In this document: positions 21,388-31,800 of the stretch, piece by piece | Layout: each line of letters opens with the position of its first letter | Position numbering within the stretch: the first letter of the stretch is position 1 | Assembly (NCBI GenBank): GCA_019695345.1 | Contig: JAIBAE010000004.1 | Coordinates: 39,765 to 103,764, forward strand | Length of the DNA stretch: 64,000 nucleotides | Direction of reading: 5' to 3' | Source of the DNA: Bacteroidota bacterium | GTDB lineage: Bacteria > Bacteroidota > Ignavibacteria > Kapaibacteriales > NICIL-2 | Translations under genes and position numbers: made by a program | The notes under the pieces: generated by a model | Told to the model about the DNA's origin: nothing | What the model saw: only the letters and a program-made list of their open reading frames with translations | Database searches by the model: none

Positions 21388-23279
21388 ATGAGTAAACGTT
21401 TTAAATATCTACATATCAGTGTAATAATCTTCTTTACAAGCATTTGTACTACCTTATCTCAAGCACCTGTTGTATGGGATAATCTTAAAACAGATAGTAT
21501 AATGTTATTTGGTATGGAGGGTAGATTAAATACAGGTGACTTTTGGGGTGGTATAGGATACTACAGTGGGAAAGCACATCCTACTTTAGGAAATGGGGTC
21601 AGAGGTACAATATTTTTTGGCAATGATATTATTCCAAAAGTTAAATTGAAAGATATTAATGCCGCAAGAGGTAAGTATTTATTATTGCCAAATGGTAAAG
21701 TTTATTGTGGTACAGGTATGACACCTATATTATATGAGTTATCAAACGAAGGCAAGCAGTGGGATACTGTAGTTAACTTTTACAAAGACTATGGTTTGAA
21801 TAGTGATGTCCGAGTTTTAGAAGCAGATAAAATGGGAGTAATTTACCTTGGAACAAAAGACGGTAGCTTTTTACGATCAACAGATTTAGGAGATACGTGG
21901 CAGGATATTGTTTACCAAGGTAATGCACCGGAGAAGTTAATTTTTGATGAGAACAATACGATGTTTCATCAAACTGAATTTATAGGACAGCAACGATTAC
22001 ACAAGAGCACTGATTATGGTCAAACATGGCAACGTTTGGATTCATTATTATTATTGCCTTACAATAGATTATCGGCTGAATGGTTAATTACATATTATAT
22101 GTTTGGTAGATTATTAGTGTATTATAATAACACCAGTATTGATGATCAAGTTCGGGTTTTATTGACCGCAGATAAAAATGGAAATAGTGCTACTGAACTT
22201 GTTATGGGTAGAAGACTAGACTTTAATACGAATGTACCGCAGTTTATCATTGAAGATTCACACATACATTACATAGTCTATCCTATAGTACTGGTTCTTT
22301 GCAATATAGCATAGACTCTGGCAAAACCTGGCGGGAAACAGGGTATATTGATCCTCGTCCCGATGCACGCCCTATTGTTTATGATACAGTACAGCATATT
22401 CGATATGATTCTTTGGATATTGGTATGTATCCAACAGACCATTTAACTTTATTACCCACCGGTCATATCCATATAAGCCATTTTCATTATCGGTCACGGT
22501 TCAGTAATCCAACTCCACCACAACGCATATCAAGTATGGTTAGGTGCGGGTATGCAACTGAAACATTTGTCAGTGATACTTTAACAATGGTAGAGGTGGT
22601 GAAAGCTGGGAGTATGAATGTAATAGTACGATATGATACCATTGTACCCAAACGTTCTATACAGGTGCATATTTATAGTAAAGATACATCGCAGTATGCA
22701 CATTTTCTTGTTCGTGCAAAAAATTCGAAAGGATATGAGACCCAATGGAGTGAAGATATGTTTCCAAGGGTAAAACAAGAACTAACAATCCGTAGGGCTT
22801 CAAACATTAAACAAGTAGATACACTTGATGCAGGGTTTGCCGTAAACTATGTATGGTACAGAAACGGAATCAAAGTGACATATCCAAACAACCCTACGTT
22901 TTTATGGTTTTACCGAACAATGCCATTAGATTCGGTTGGCACCTACTGGTGTGAAATTTTCGATACAACAGGGTGTGTACAAACAACCGCACCGTACACC
23001 TACAACCCTGTAAGTGTACCGGAGGAAACTAACACTGAAATTCGGGTATTTCCAAACCCTGCAAACGAGAGTATAACTATTACAGGCATTGGCGATTTGG
23101 TAGGACAAATAGAAATCATTGATATGTTGGGGAATGTGCTGTTGGTATCCGACGCGAGGCATCGTGCCGCTACGGGTATGGGTGTAATTGATATTCGCGA
23201 GTTACCAAACGGTGTATACGGTGTTCGTATTCCAACATCACACGGTCTATATCAAACACGGTTTGTTGTTGCACGATAG
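21388..23279 (+). pseudogene. BNR/Asp-box repeat secreted protein with a T9SS CTD. The reading frame breaks near 22290-22315, so this is a frameshifted gene or a sequencing error.
   Basis: ORFs 21388..22314 and 22299..23279 overlap by 16 nt in different frames. The first has a signal peptide and SxDxGxTW Asp-boxes (STDLGDTWQ, STDYGQTWQ). The second starts inside another Asp-box (SIDSGKTW) and ends with a T9SS CTD (VFPNPANESITI...YQTRFVVAR). Confidence 0.55.
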
Positions 23280-24130
23280 GTATAATGAAGTACAAAGAAA
23301 CATATAGAACTTCTACTTCTCGTTTGGCATCGTGGGATTACTCTAATACAGGTGCATACTTTGTTACAATTTGTACTCGTGACAAAAAACAATACTTTGG
23401 AAGTATCAATGTACATGAAAACAATGAACTTGCTAATGTATCTGTTGTAACAACACAACTTGGACAAAGGGCAATTGAGGAATGGCATAAAACACCGGAG
23501 ATTCGGCCTGATATGAATATCGAGTTATTGGATTTTGTATTGATGCCAAATCACATACATGGAATAATATTCATCAAAGAGAATGAATACAATACTCGTA
23601 GAGACGCGATGCCTCGCGTTTTGAATGACACATCAATACAATCACGTAGAGACGCGATGCCTCGCGTCTTAACAGGTGAAACAGAACGGTGTAATCGTTT
23701 TTCAAGTCAATCAAAGAATCTTGCATCAATAATACGGGGATATAAATCTGCCGTTACAATGTATGCCCGGTTACACAACATAGAGTTTGCGTGGCAACCA
23801 AAGTATTACGAGCATGTAATCCGAAACGAACAGGATTTACAGCGTATTCAAGTTTATATCCAGAATAATCCTGCACAATGGAAGTTGGATGAGTTATATA
23901 ATAACGAGTAGAAAACACAAATGCGGATGATTTCCGACGCGAGGCATCGCGTCGCTACGATTTGTTGGTGTTACTCTCAAATTGTGCTGTTGCTATCCGA
24001 CGCGAGGTATCGCGCCGCTACTGGAATGAGTGTAATTGATATTCGCGAGGTACCAAACGGTGTGTACGGTATTCGTATGACAACACCTCACGGTTTATAT
24101 CAAACACGGTTTGTTGTTTCGCGATGATTC
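23140..24130. mobile_element. REP/RAYT-like unit. The transposase is flanked by, and internally carries, copies of the palindrome gacgcgaggcatcgcgtc, and a 135 bp piece of the upstream gene's 3' end is duplicated.
   Basis: Hairpin copies lie at about 23147-23170 (imperfect, inside the CTD-coding sequence), at 23601-23620 and 23649-23668 (reverse orientation, inside the transposase ORF), and at 23933-23957 and 24003-24026. The segments 23143-23279 and 23997-24127 are about 88% identical. ORF 23921..24127 encodes ...SDARYRAATGMSVIDIREVPNGVYGIRMTTPHGLYQTRFVVSR. Confidence 0.65.
23285..23911 (+). CDS. IS200/IS605-family (RAYT-like) HUH tyrosine transposase.
   Basis: N-terminal ...GAYFVTICTRDKKQYFG..., the HuH motif MPNHIHGIIFI, and the C-terminal YEHVIRNEQDLQRIQVYIQNNP catalytic-Tyr region. 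The ORF contains an in-frame 48 bp tandem duplication that carries the REP-like hairpin. Confidence 0.8.
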   Translation: MKYKETYRTSTSRLASWDYSNTGAYFVTICTRDKKQYFGSINVHENNELANVSVVTTQLGQRAIEEWHKTPEIRPDMNIELLDFVLMPNHIHGIIFIKENEYNTRRDAMPRVLNDTSIQSRRDAMPRVLTGETERCNRFSSQSKNLASIIRGYKSAVTMYARLHNIEFAWQPKYYEHVIRNEQDLQRIQVYIQNNPAQWKLDELYNNE

Positions 24131-24192
24131 TCTCCGGCAAGTGGATTGTTGTACTATGAACAATGGTTCGGTGCCGTCAGGCGATAGCAAAA
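24128..24192 (-). repeat. Intergenic A/B element, reverse copy.
   Basis: tctctccggcaa ... ggtgccgtcaggcgatagcaaaa. Confidence 0.55.
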
Positions 24193-24207
24193 AATAAATG
24201 ACATGTT

Positions 24208-24918
24208 ATGGCAAATACATTTTTTCAGTTTAAGAAATTTAGGGTAGAGCAGAGTGTAAACGCTATGAAGGTTTGCACCGATGCATGTTTGTTTGGTGCG
24301 TGGATTACTGTACATAATGCTACAACGGTTTTGGATATTGGTACCGGAACCGGTGTGCTTGCTTTGATGATAGCGCAACGAAGTTCCGCTTCGATTACTG
24401 CGGTTGAGCTAATGCCTGAATCTGCCGAGGAAGCCAAACGCAATGTGCAAGCAAGCAAATGGCATGAATCCATTCTGGTTGTGTGTGGGCGAATTCAGGA
24501 GTATGCGGAACACGTTGAAGAAAAGTTTGATGTAATTGTGTGTAATCCGCCATTTTATAAAAACTCATTGCGTTCACAACACACAACGCGTCGTGTTGCC
24601 CACCATGACGACGAACTTTCTTTTAGCGAGTTGTTAGATTGTGTTCAACAATTGCTAACGCGTTTAGGAACATTTGCGGTATTAATACCAACACTTGCAG
24701 TTACTGAATTCATAGATTTAGCAGAAGAGAGGGAACTACATCCCAAACGCATATTACATATTGCCGATGTGCCGGATAAACCACCAATTCGTTCCTGTAT
24801 TGAGTTTACGTTTTCTCAAGCCGAAGTTGATGTGCGTACTATTTCCATTAAGAATAACGATGGAAGTTATACCGAAGAATTTATCGAATTGCTGGAACCG
24901 TATTATTTGTATTTGTAG
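24208..24918 (+). CDS. tRNA1(Val) (adenine37-N6)-methyltransferase-like (TrmN6/YfiC family) SAM-dependent methyltransferase.
   Basis: MANTFFQFKKFRVEQ...MKVCTDACLFGAW... The SAM motif VLDIGTGTGVLAL and the N6-MTase motif NPPFYK are present. Confidence 0.7.
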   Translation: MANTFFQFKKFRVEQSVNAMKVCTDACLFGAWITVHNATTVLDIGTGTGVLALMIAQRSSASITAVELMPESAEEAKRNVQASKWHESILVVCGRIQEYAEHVEEKFDVIVCNPPFYKNSLRSQHTTRRVAHHDDELSFSELLDCVQQLLTRLGTFAVLIPTLAVTEFIDLAEERELHPKRILHIADVPDKPPIRSCIEFTFSQAEVDVRTISIKNNDGSYTEEFIELLEPYYLYL

Positions 24919-25545
24919 TTACATTTCTGCATCGAAGAAGACAAGTACTGCGCCGTTATGAACATGGATTTGAATGTGATTTCCTGTTGCACGGTTACGG
25001 GCACCTTCGCGTACACCAAGCTCTAATGTTTCATCTTTTAACTCCCATTGTAACCCTTTTGTTGTTACCTGCGCAACCGGCTGTGGAATTAACGAAATAA
25101 GCTCGTTGTGTTTTGTATCTAAGGTAAACGTATCAAGTACCGGAACGGCTATGCGTCCGGCATCGTACACATGGAGTTTGTGCGTCCACGCATAGCGGGT
25201 AAGTACACTCCAGTTGTTTAGGGTGTGTTCTAACTCTCCGCCGTGCATGCCGCACACAAGCAAAGAATGGATGCCACGCTCGTGCGTTACCAGCAGAATT
25301 TTTTCAAAGTCATTGCTTTCTTGGTCGGGCATCCAGATGTGTTCTGCGTGCTGAAATTCCCCTTGATGTGGCTGTTGAGAAAATGAGTCCATATCGCCAA
25401 CAATTACATTGGGAGTAATGCCTATAGAATGGAGTTTCCATGCTGCGCCATCGGCGGCGTAAATTGGTTTTTGGTGCTCGGCAAAAAAGTCTGCCGATGG
25501 AATATCTCCATTCAAACAGACAATACTATCGTAGTTGATTCTCAT
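24919..25545 (-). CDS. Thiamine pyrophosphokinase.
   Basis: IVGDMDSF and DQESNDFEKIL match the TPK GDxDS and DQdxTDfxKAL motifs. The length of about 208 aa is typical. Confidence 0.6.
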   Translation of the reverse strand: MRINYDSIVCLNGDIPSADFFAEHQKPIYAADGAAWKLHSIGITPNVIVGDMDSFSQQPHQGEFQHAEHIWMPDQESNDFEKILLVTHERGIHSLLVCGMHGGELEHTLNNWSVLTRYAWTHKLHVYDAGRIAVPVLDTFTLDTKHNELISLIPQPVAQVTTKGLQWELKDETLELGVREGARNRATGNHIQIHVHNGAVLVFFDAEM

Positions 25546-25885
25546 TTTGAGCTTTTCTTTTGTGTTGTGAATGCTGTATCGTTCATCTACCGATTGTCAT
25601 GCTCGTGAAAACGGGCAACCCATTTCTACGAATGGAGAGATTTCTGGATTCCCGATAAACGCTTCATCAGCGTTTTCGGGAATGACAATCTTTACCTTGC
25701 TGAACAGAAACTGACTCCAAATGAAGATTGATGGAATTCTTAATTTGTATCTCAAAGATAATGTTTCTTCCGTATTGTGACGGAATATCAGTAAAGCGTA
25801 GTTTTGCGTTGGAGGAACTCTCCCGCACCAAGACGGTTGTACTTGTAGTGTTATTTGGAGCGGTTGAACAAAAAAAAATATTCTT

Positions 25886-26839
25886 ATGAAACTACTAGAT
25901 ATTACAGAAGGAACGCTTTGGAAGCAAGCCGGTGAGAAGGTGTTTGAGCATGGCGTTTTGATAGAAAAAGAACAGCGGGTTAGAGAGTTTGAGGTAGTTG
26001 CAAGTGCAAGTACAATTCAGGCAGTTGTTGGTGGAAGCAGAGACGAAGATTACTGTGTGGATATTCGATATCAGGATGAAATTGAATACTCCTGTGAGTG
26101 TTCGTATAAGGTTGGAATGTGTAAGCATGTTGTTGCTGTGTTGTTGAAGTATCTTCATGAGTTGGCTCCGGCTAAAGAACCAGTTGCGTTAAGCACACCA
26201 ACACCCGAAGTAAAGAAGAAGGCGATTCCATTACGTAAACACTTAGAAAACTTAGAGCGCGAAGAGTTGATAGAGTTACTTGTGGAAGAATCGAAACGAA
26301 GTAAAGAGTTCAACACAATTTTGCAATTGCGTTTTCAGGATGTTACCACAAGTAGTGAGCTTTTGAAGGAAGAGTTACAGTTGTTGTTTCCGGCATCGCG
26401 CAAGGAGATGGGGAACTTTGATGAAAAGAAAACCGTAAAGCATATACATAAGTTGCTGAAGCCACTTGAACAACTTCCGCACGTTGAGCAAGTTGACGTT
26501 GTTTGGTTTACGGTGGATTTGTGTTTATCGGTGTTGCATGAGTATAATTATACGAACAAGACAATAGAGACATTCATCACAGAGAAACTTGATGAGATTG
26601 TTACTCAACTTAATCAGATTGATGTTGCAACAACCCGTGCAATGGTGTTGAATGGAATGTTGTATTATGTTGGAAAGATGTATCACCCAACTGTGGAAGA
26701 CCAGTTACTATCTGCTGTTGAGATTATTGCAAACACAACAGCCGAGTACGAAATTGTATTACATGCTCTACAACGGTTACCACGTAACACCTATAACGAT
26801 TCACTTATAACAAAGTACTCACAGAAGCTTAGTAAGTAG
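25886..26839 (+). CDS. SWIM zinc-finger domain protein.
   Basis: The sequence YSCECSYKVGMCKHVVAVLLKYL matches the CxCx(n)CxH SWIM signature near the N-terminal third. The rest of the protein is helical. Confidence 0.65.
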   Translation: MKLLDITEGTLWKQAGEKVFEHGVLIEKEQRVREFEVVASASTIQAVVGGSRDEDYCVDIRYQDEIEYSCECSYKVGMCKHVVAVLLKYLHELAPAKEPVALSTPTPEVKKKAIPLRKHLENLEREELIELLVEESKRSKEFNTILQLRFQDVTTSSELLKEELQLLFPASRKEMGNFDEKKTVKHIHKLLKPLEQLPHVEQVDVVWFTVDLCLSVLHEYNYTNKTIETFITEKLDEIVTQLNQIDVATTRAMVLNGMLYYVGKMYHPTVEDQLLSAVEIIANTTAEYEIVLHALQRLPRNTYNDSLITKYSQKLSK

Positions 26840-26843
26840 AAGG

Positions 26844-28310
26844 TTACTCAGGTTCTACAAACCATTCTAACAAGTCGTTATAATTTTCTACAATACCGGC
26901 ATACTTGGTTTTATCCAGTTGTGCTAAGTTTTCTTTGAAGTTTTTAAGCGAACGTTGAAAACCTTTTGTGGTATTATTGATGTTACTTGATGTTATGAAA
27001 GAAATGAGTACTTTCTCAAATTCACCAAGTTTTCCTTTCTTTGTTAAGTAACGTTTTAAGGATAGAGTGCGAGAATCAATTAAATCCTGTGAATGTAGTT
27101 TCCAATGTATTAGTATTTCGAGAATTTTAGCATACACAAAAACGTAGTTTCTGCCTTCTATGTTAGGTATATCAAAAAAGTATTGTAACCAACGCAGTGA
27201 ATCATCTATCCTATGAATTTTGGTGTATAGTAATGCAATATTAAAAGTGTAATCTCCTCGGCGTACTACATGCGTTTGTACAAGATTAGTTTTACTCGAC
27301 TCAATGTAATCTAACGCTTGTTCAAAAATTGAGTAGTCATGTGTTAAAGATATTTTACCAAACAGCATGGACATTTCAACTTCAAGTTTAGCAGTTTCTT
27401 CACCCGGAATGTTTTGCATGTAATTACGAACTACATCGCCAACGCCTGAATAATACGTGAAATCTCGTTTATGAAAAGCATAAGAAAGCATATTATTCAT
27501 TTGCCTAATAACTTCTTTTTTTCTATCCCGCTGAAACTCTTCAGGTGTCTGGAAGTATAGTTTAAGATATTCAAGCATTGCATTAACAGCCTCATCGTTC
27601 TCTTGCATTATGTGATAAGCCAATGCAACGGATGAGTGTTTTTTTACCATAGATAAAAATGACGCAGGTGAATGAGGTGTCTTGTTGATTTCTTCTTGCA
27701 ACGCTCTAACTTTTAACTTAACATCGTCTGGCAAACGCGTGCCGTATTGAATGTAATACTGATAGACAGCTCTGTTCTTACGGTTAAAAAACTGTTCTTC
27801 TTTAATATATTCTAACACCACATCAGTTTCATCTAAAATATTCGTTGTGTCCTTAACCTTAGTGTTATATATATCTTCTTCAACACCAAGTATTTCAAAC
27901 ACCAACGGAAATTGTCCGGCAGCGTACCCTAACGTTTTGTATTTCTCCACATATTTAGAGGCTGTATCTTGCAGGCCTTTTCGTAACAATAACCTTATTT
28001 TATTCAGGCCGTACTGTATTTCATTATAAACTAATACTGTTGTGTTGTTTTGTAGTAAAGATTCGTAAATCGCTTCTAATAACAGTGCTTTTGTTTTAGA
28101 ATAATATGTAATAGTAGAATCGCCTTTGAATTTTTTCTCAAGTTTGGATTTATCCCATACTTCCATTTGGGCAATCGCATCAAAAACCTTGATGTATTTT
28201 GTTACATCACTCTGGGCGTTCCGCTCAAAATATAATTTAAAAGCTCTTCGTTCGGCAGGATTTAGTGCGTGGATTAGCTCAAATAGCTCATCGTTTTCTT
28301 TTGCTGCCAT
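26844..28310 (-). CDS. Hypothetical all-alpha protein (AT-rich), convergent with the SWIM gene.
   Basis: 488 aa with no recognisable catalytic motif. It is low-GC relative to its neighbours. Confidence 0.45.
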   Translation of the reverse strand: MAAKENDELFELIHALNPAERRAFKLYFERNAQSDVTKYIKVFDAIAQMEVWDKSKLEKKFKGDSTITYYSKTKALLLEAIYESLLQNNTTVLVYNEIQYGLNKIRLLLRKGLQDTASKYVEKYKTLGYAAGQFPLVFEILGVEEDIYNTKVKDTTNILDETDVVLEYIKEEQFFNRKNRAVYQYYIQYGTRLPDDVKLKVRALQEEINKTPHSPASFLSMVKKHSSVALAYHIMQENDEAVNAMLEYLKLYFQTPEEFQRDRKKEVIRQMNNMLSYAFHKRDFTYYSGVGDVVRNYMQNIPGEETAKLEVEMSMLFGKISLTHDYSIFEQALDYIESSKTNLVQTHVVRRGDYTFNIALLYTKIHRIDDSLRWLQYFFDIPNIEGRNYVFVYAKILEILIHWKLHSQDLIDSRTLSLKRYLTKKGKLGEFEKVLISFITSSNINNTTKGFQRSLKNFKENLAQLDKTKYAGIVENYNDLLEWFVEPE

Positions 28311-28423
28311 GGTAAAGAATGTTTGGTGTAACTAGTTTTAATGTAAAGACTTGAATTGTATTTGGTGTACCTGAATGCGGTAAAAATAGGAAAAAAGTGT
28401 CTGAATTTTACCATGTACCATGT

Positions 28424-28525
28424 AACATATTTGTACCGTTGTGATTGGGAATGCCGTAGAAATACCGTAGTCCATTCGGTAGAAATGAAAACATATTTGT
28501 ACCGTTGTGATTGGGAATGCCGTTT
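28424..28525 (+). promoter_or_regulatory. Two perfect 34 bp direct repeats separated by 34 bp, about 290 bp upstream of the giant gene. Candidate regulator binding sites.
   Basis: aacatatttgtaccgttgtgattgggaatgccgt occurs at 28424-28457 and again at 28492-28525. Confidence 0.3.
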
Positions 28526-28812
28526 ACGGTACACAACAAAGGGGTTCGTAGGTATATTATTTTTTTCTGGATGAAGCCGCACCAAACCACGTTGTAAGCA
28601 AGTAACTTACTGTGCGGGATAGAACAATGTTGTAGAATAGGACGTTCATCGTTTAGGATTGAGAGATACAATTCGTAAACGATAAATACCAAGCAGTTGC
28701 CATGACGTATATGTCAATGCAATGCACCCTTTTGTTGTTAGTTGAGCATCGGAGCAGTCTACCAAAAACACAACTCCACTTAAATTCCTGTTGTTCTATA
28801 CGGAGCGTTGTG

Positions 28813-31800
28813 ATGAGTTTCTCACGATTTACTCTTTTCCTGTTTTTGTTGTGCAGTTCGGTCGTATTTGCACAAATACCACGTACGGTAAATTACCAAG
28901 GTGTATTGCTTGATGCACAAAACCAACCCGTTACCGATTCTACGTACCTTGTAAAGTTCTCGTTGTTTACATCAAGTGCTAACGGGACTGAATTATGGAG
29001 CGAAGATAAATTGGTAACTACCAGTGGTGGTGTTTTTGATGTTATACTTGGAACACGTGCACCATTATCGTTATCGTTTGATGCACCATATTGGCTTGAA
29101 ATACAGGTTGAAAATCGTGCACCATTTACTCCACGGATTGGATTAACATCTGTTCCGTATGCGCTACGTGCAGATACAACTACTGTAGCACTTGAGGTTT
29201 CGTCAAATGCCAAAGTAGTCCGTAGTATTAATGCAATATCAGGTAATGTGCGGCTGAAAGCAGGAAGCGGTGTGCAGATTACTGAACTTGGCGATACTAT
29301 TACAATTTCTACCACAGCTGTTGGTAGCGCAAATCCAATTATACGTAGTCCACAGGGAACATTAGTTGTATCGGGTAAAGATACGATTGACATTGATGTT
29401 GCCGATGGTGGGATATTAACAAAACATCTTGCCGATAAATCAATAACAACTGTAAAGATTGCACAGAACGGTGCTACGAACGGTCAGGTTTTAAAATGGA
29501 ATGGAACAACGTGGGTTGCTGCCGATGATAATGGCAGTAGTTATTCCGCAGGAAGTGGTATTACAATAAATGCCGGTGTAGTAACCAATACCGGTGATAC
29601 TGATCCAAACGATGATATAACAAACACATCAACCGCCGGTGGAGATTTGACTGGAACTTATCCAAATCCAACAGTTAAAGCTGGCGCTATTACAACTCCT
29701 AAAATTGCTGATGCAGCAGTTACAGGTGCTAAGTTAGAAGATATTATTACTTCAGGAACATTTGGTAATGCAAGCACGGTTCCACAGATTACAGTTGATA
29801 CTAAAGGAAGAATAACCGGCGTTCAGAATGTACCTATTAGTGCTACTAATCTTACCACTGCCGGAGGTGATTTAGATGGAACTTATCCAAATCCGACCTT
29901 AGCACAAAAAGGTGCAACAAATGGTCAGGTATTAAAATGGAATGGTACATCATGGCAACCTGATAATGATAACGGTCAGGTGTACAACGCAGGTAGAGGT
30001 ATTTCTATAAACGGTGCGTTGATATTAAACACCGGTGATGCTGATTCAACAAACGATGTTACCATAACATCAACAGCAGGTGGAGATGTAAGTGGTGTGT
30101 TTAACAATCTTAAAGTTGAGAAGATTCAGAATGTAAATGTATCATCAACCACTCCAACCAACGGACAGTTGTTACAGTTTAATGCCACAACAAACTCATG
30201 GGAACCGGTTACCATAAACACAGGAAGCAGCGGTGTTGCAGGTGGAGATTTAGCCGGAACGTACCCAAATCCAACCATAGCCCAAAAAGGTGCAAGCAAC
30301 GGTCAGGTATTAGGATGGAATGGAAGTGCGTGGATACCCGTAACGCCACAAACAAGTGGTAATGCCGGCGGAGATTTAACGGGAACATATCCTAACCCAA
30401 CATTGGCGCAAAAAGGTGCAACCAATAACCAAGTATTAAAGTGGAATGGCACATCATGGCAACCTGCAAATGATGACGGACAAACTTATACAGCCGGAAC
30501 TGGAATTAACATTACGGCTGGAGTTGTAACCAACACAGGAGATACAGATGCAAGTAATGATATAACAAACTCAACAACTGCTGCAGGTGATTTAACAGGA
30601 ACATATCCTGCTCCAACTATTGCGCAAAAAGGTGCAACCAGTGGACAAGTGTTGAAATGGAATGGAACGGCATGGACACCATCGACAGATAATGGTGATG
30701 TATATACCGCAGGAGATGCTATCAATATCACAGCCGGTGCGATTGGTGTAACTGATGGTTCTATCACTACAGCTAAACTTGCGAACAATGCTGTTACTAC
30801 TGCTAAGATTACTGATGCTAATGTTACTACACCAAAACTTGCTGATGGTTCTGTAACCTCTACGAAGTTGAATCAGATGTCTGCTACAAGCGGACAAGTG
30901 CTGAAATGGAACGGAACGAGTTGGCAACCTGCCAATGATGACGGACAAACATATACAGCCGGAACAGGAATTAATATTACTTCTGGAGTTGTAACCAACA
31001 CAGGTGATACTGATGCAAGTAATGATATAACAAACTCAACAACAGCCGCAGGTGATTTAACAGGAACATATCCTGCACCAACAATAGCACAAAAAGGTGC
31101 AACGAATGGTCAGGTATTAGGATGGAACGGAAGCGCGTGGATACCTGTAACACCACAAACAAGTGGTTCGGCAGGTGGCGATTTAACGGGGACATATCCT
31201 AACCCAACATTGGCGCAAAAAGGAGCAACCAACGGACAAGTGTTGAAATGGAATGGAACGGCATGGACACCATCGACAGATAATGGCGATGTGTACACAG
31301 CAGGAGATGCTATTAACATAACAGCCGGTGCGATTGGAGTAACCGATGGTTCGATTACCACGGCTAAACTTGCGAACAATGCTGTTACTACAGCTAAGAT
31401 TACTGATGCTAACGTTACAACACCTAAACTCGCTGATGGCTCTGTGACGAGTGCGAAGCTGAATCAAATGTCGGCTACAAGCGGGCAGTCGTTAGTGTGG
31501 AATGGAACCGCATGGACTCCGACAACAGTAAGTGCAAGTGGAACAGCCGGTGGAGATTTAAGTGGTACATATCCAAACCCAAATGTGGTGAAGTTACAAA
31601 CACGTGACGTATCAAGTACTGCACCAACGAGCGGACAAGTGTTAAAGTGGAATGGAACGGCATGGACACCATCAACAGATAATGGTGATGTGTACACAGC
31701 GGGTGATGCTATTAACATAACAGCAGGAGCAATTGGCGTAACTGATGGTTCAATCACAACAGCTAAACTTGCTACTAATGCTGTTACTACTGCGAAGATT

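Noticed and set aside
22299-23279. Treating ORF 22299..23279 as an independent gene with its own Met start.
   Set aside because: It has no signal peptide. Its first residues complete an Asp-box that begins in the upstream frame. The overlap with 21388..22314 indicates a frame break in a single gene.
28424-28525. A possible mini-CRISPR array: 34 bp repeats with a 34 bp spacer.
   Set aside because: There are only two repeats. The repeat has no typical CRISPR palindromic structure. There are no cas genes in the window and no leader-like AT-rich sequence.
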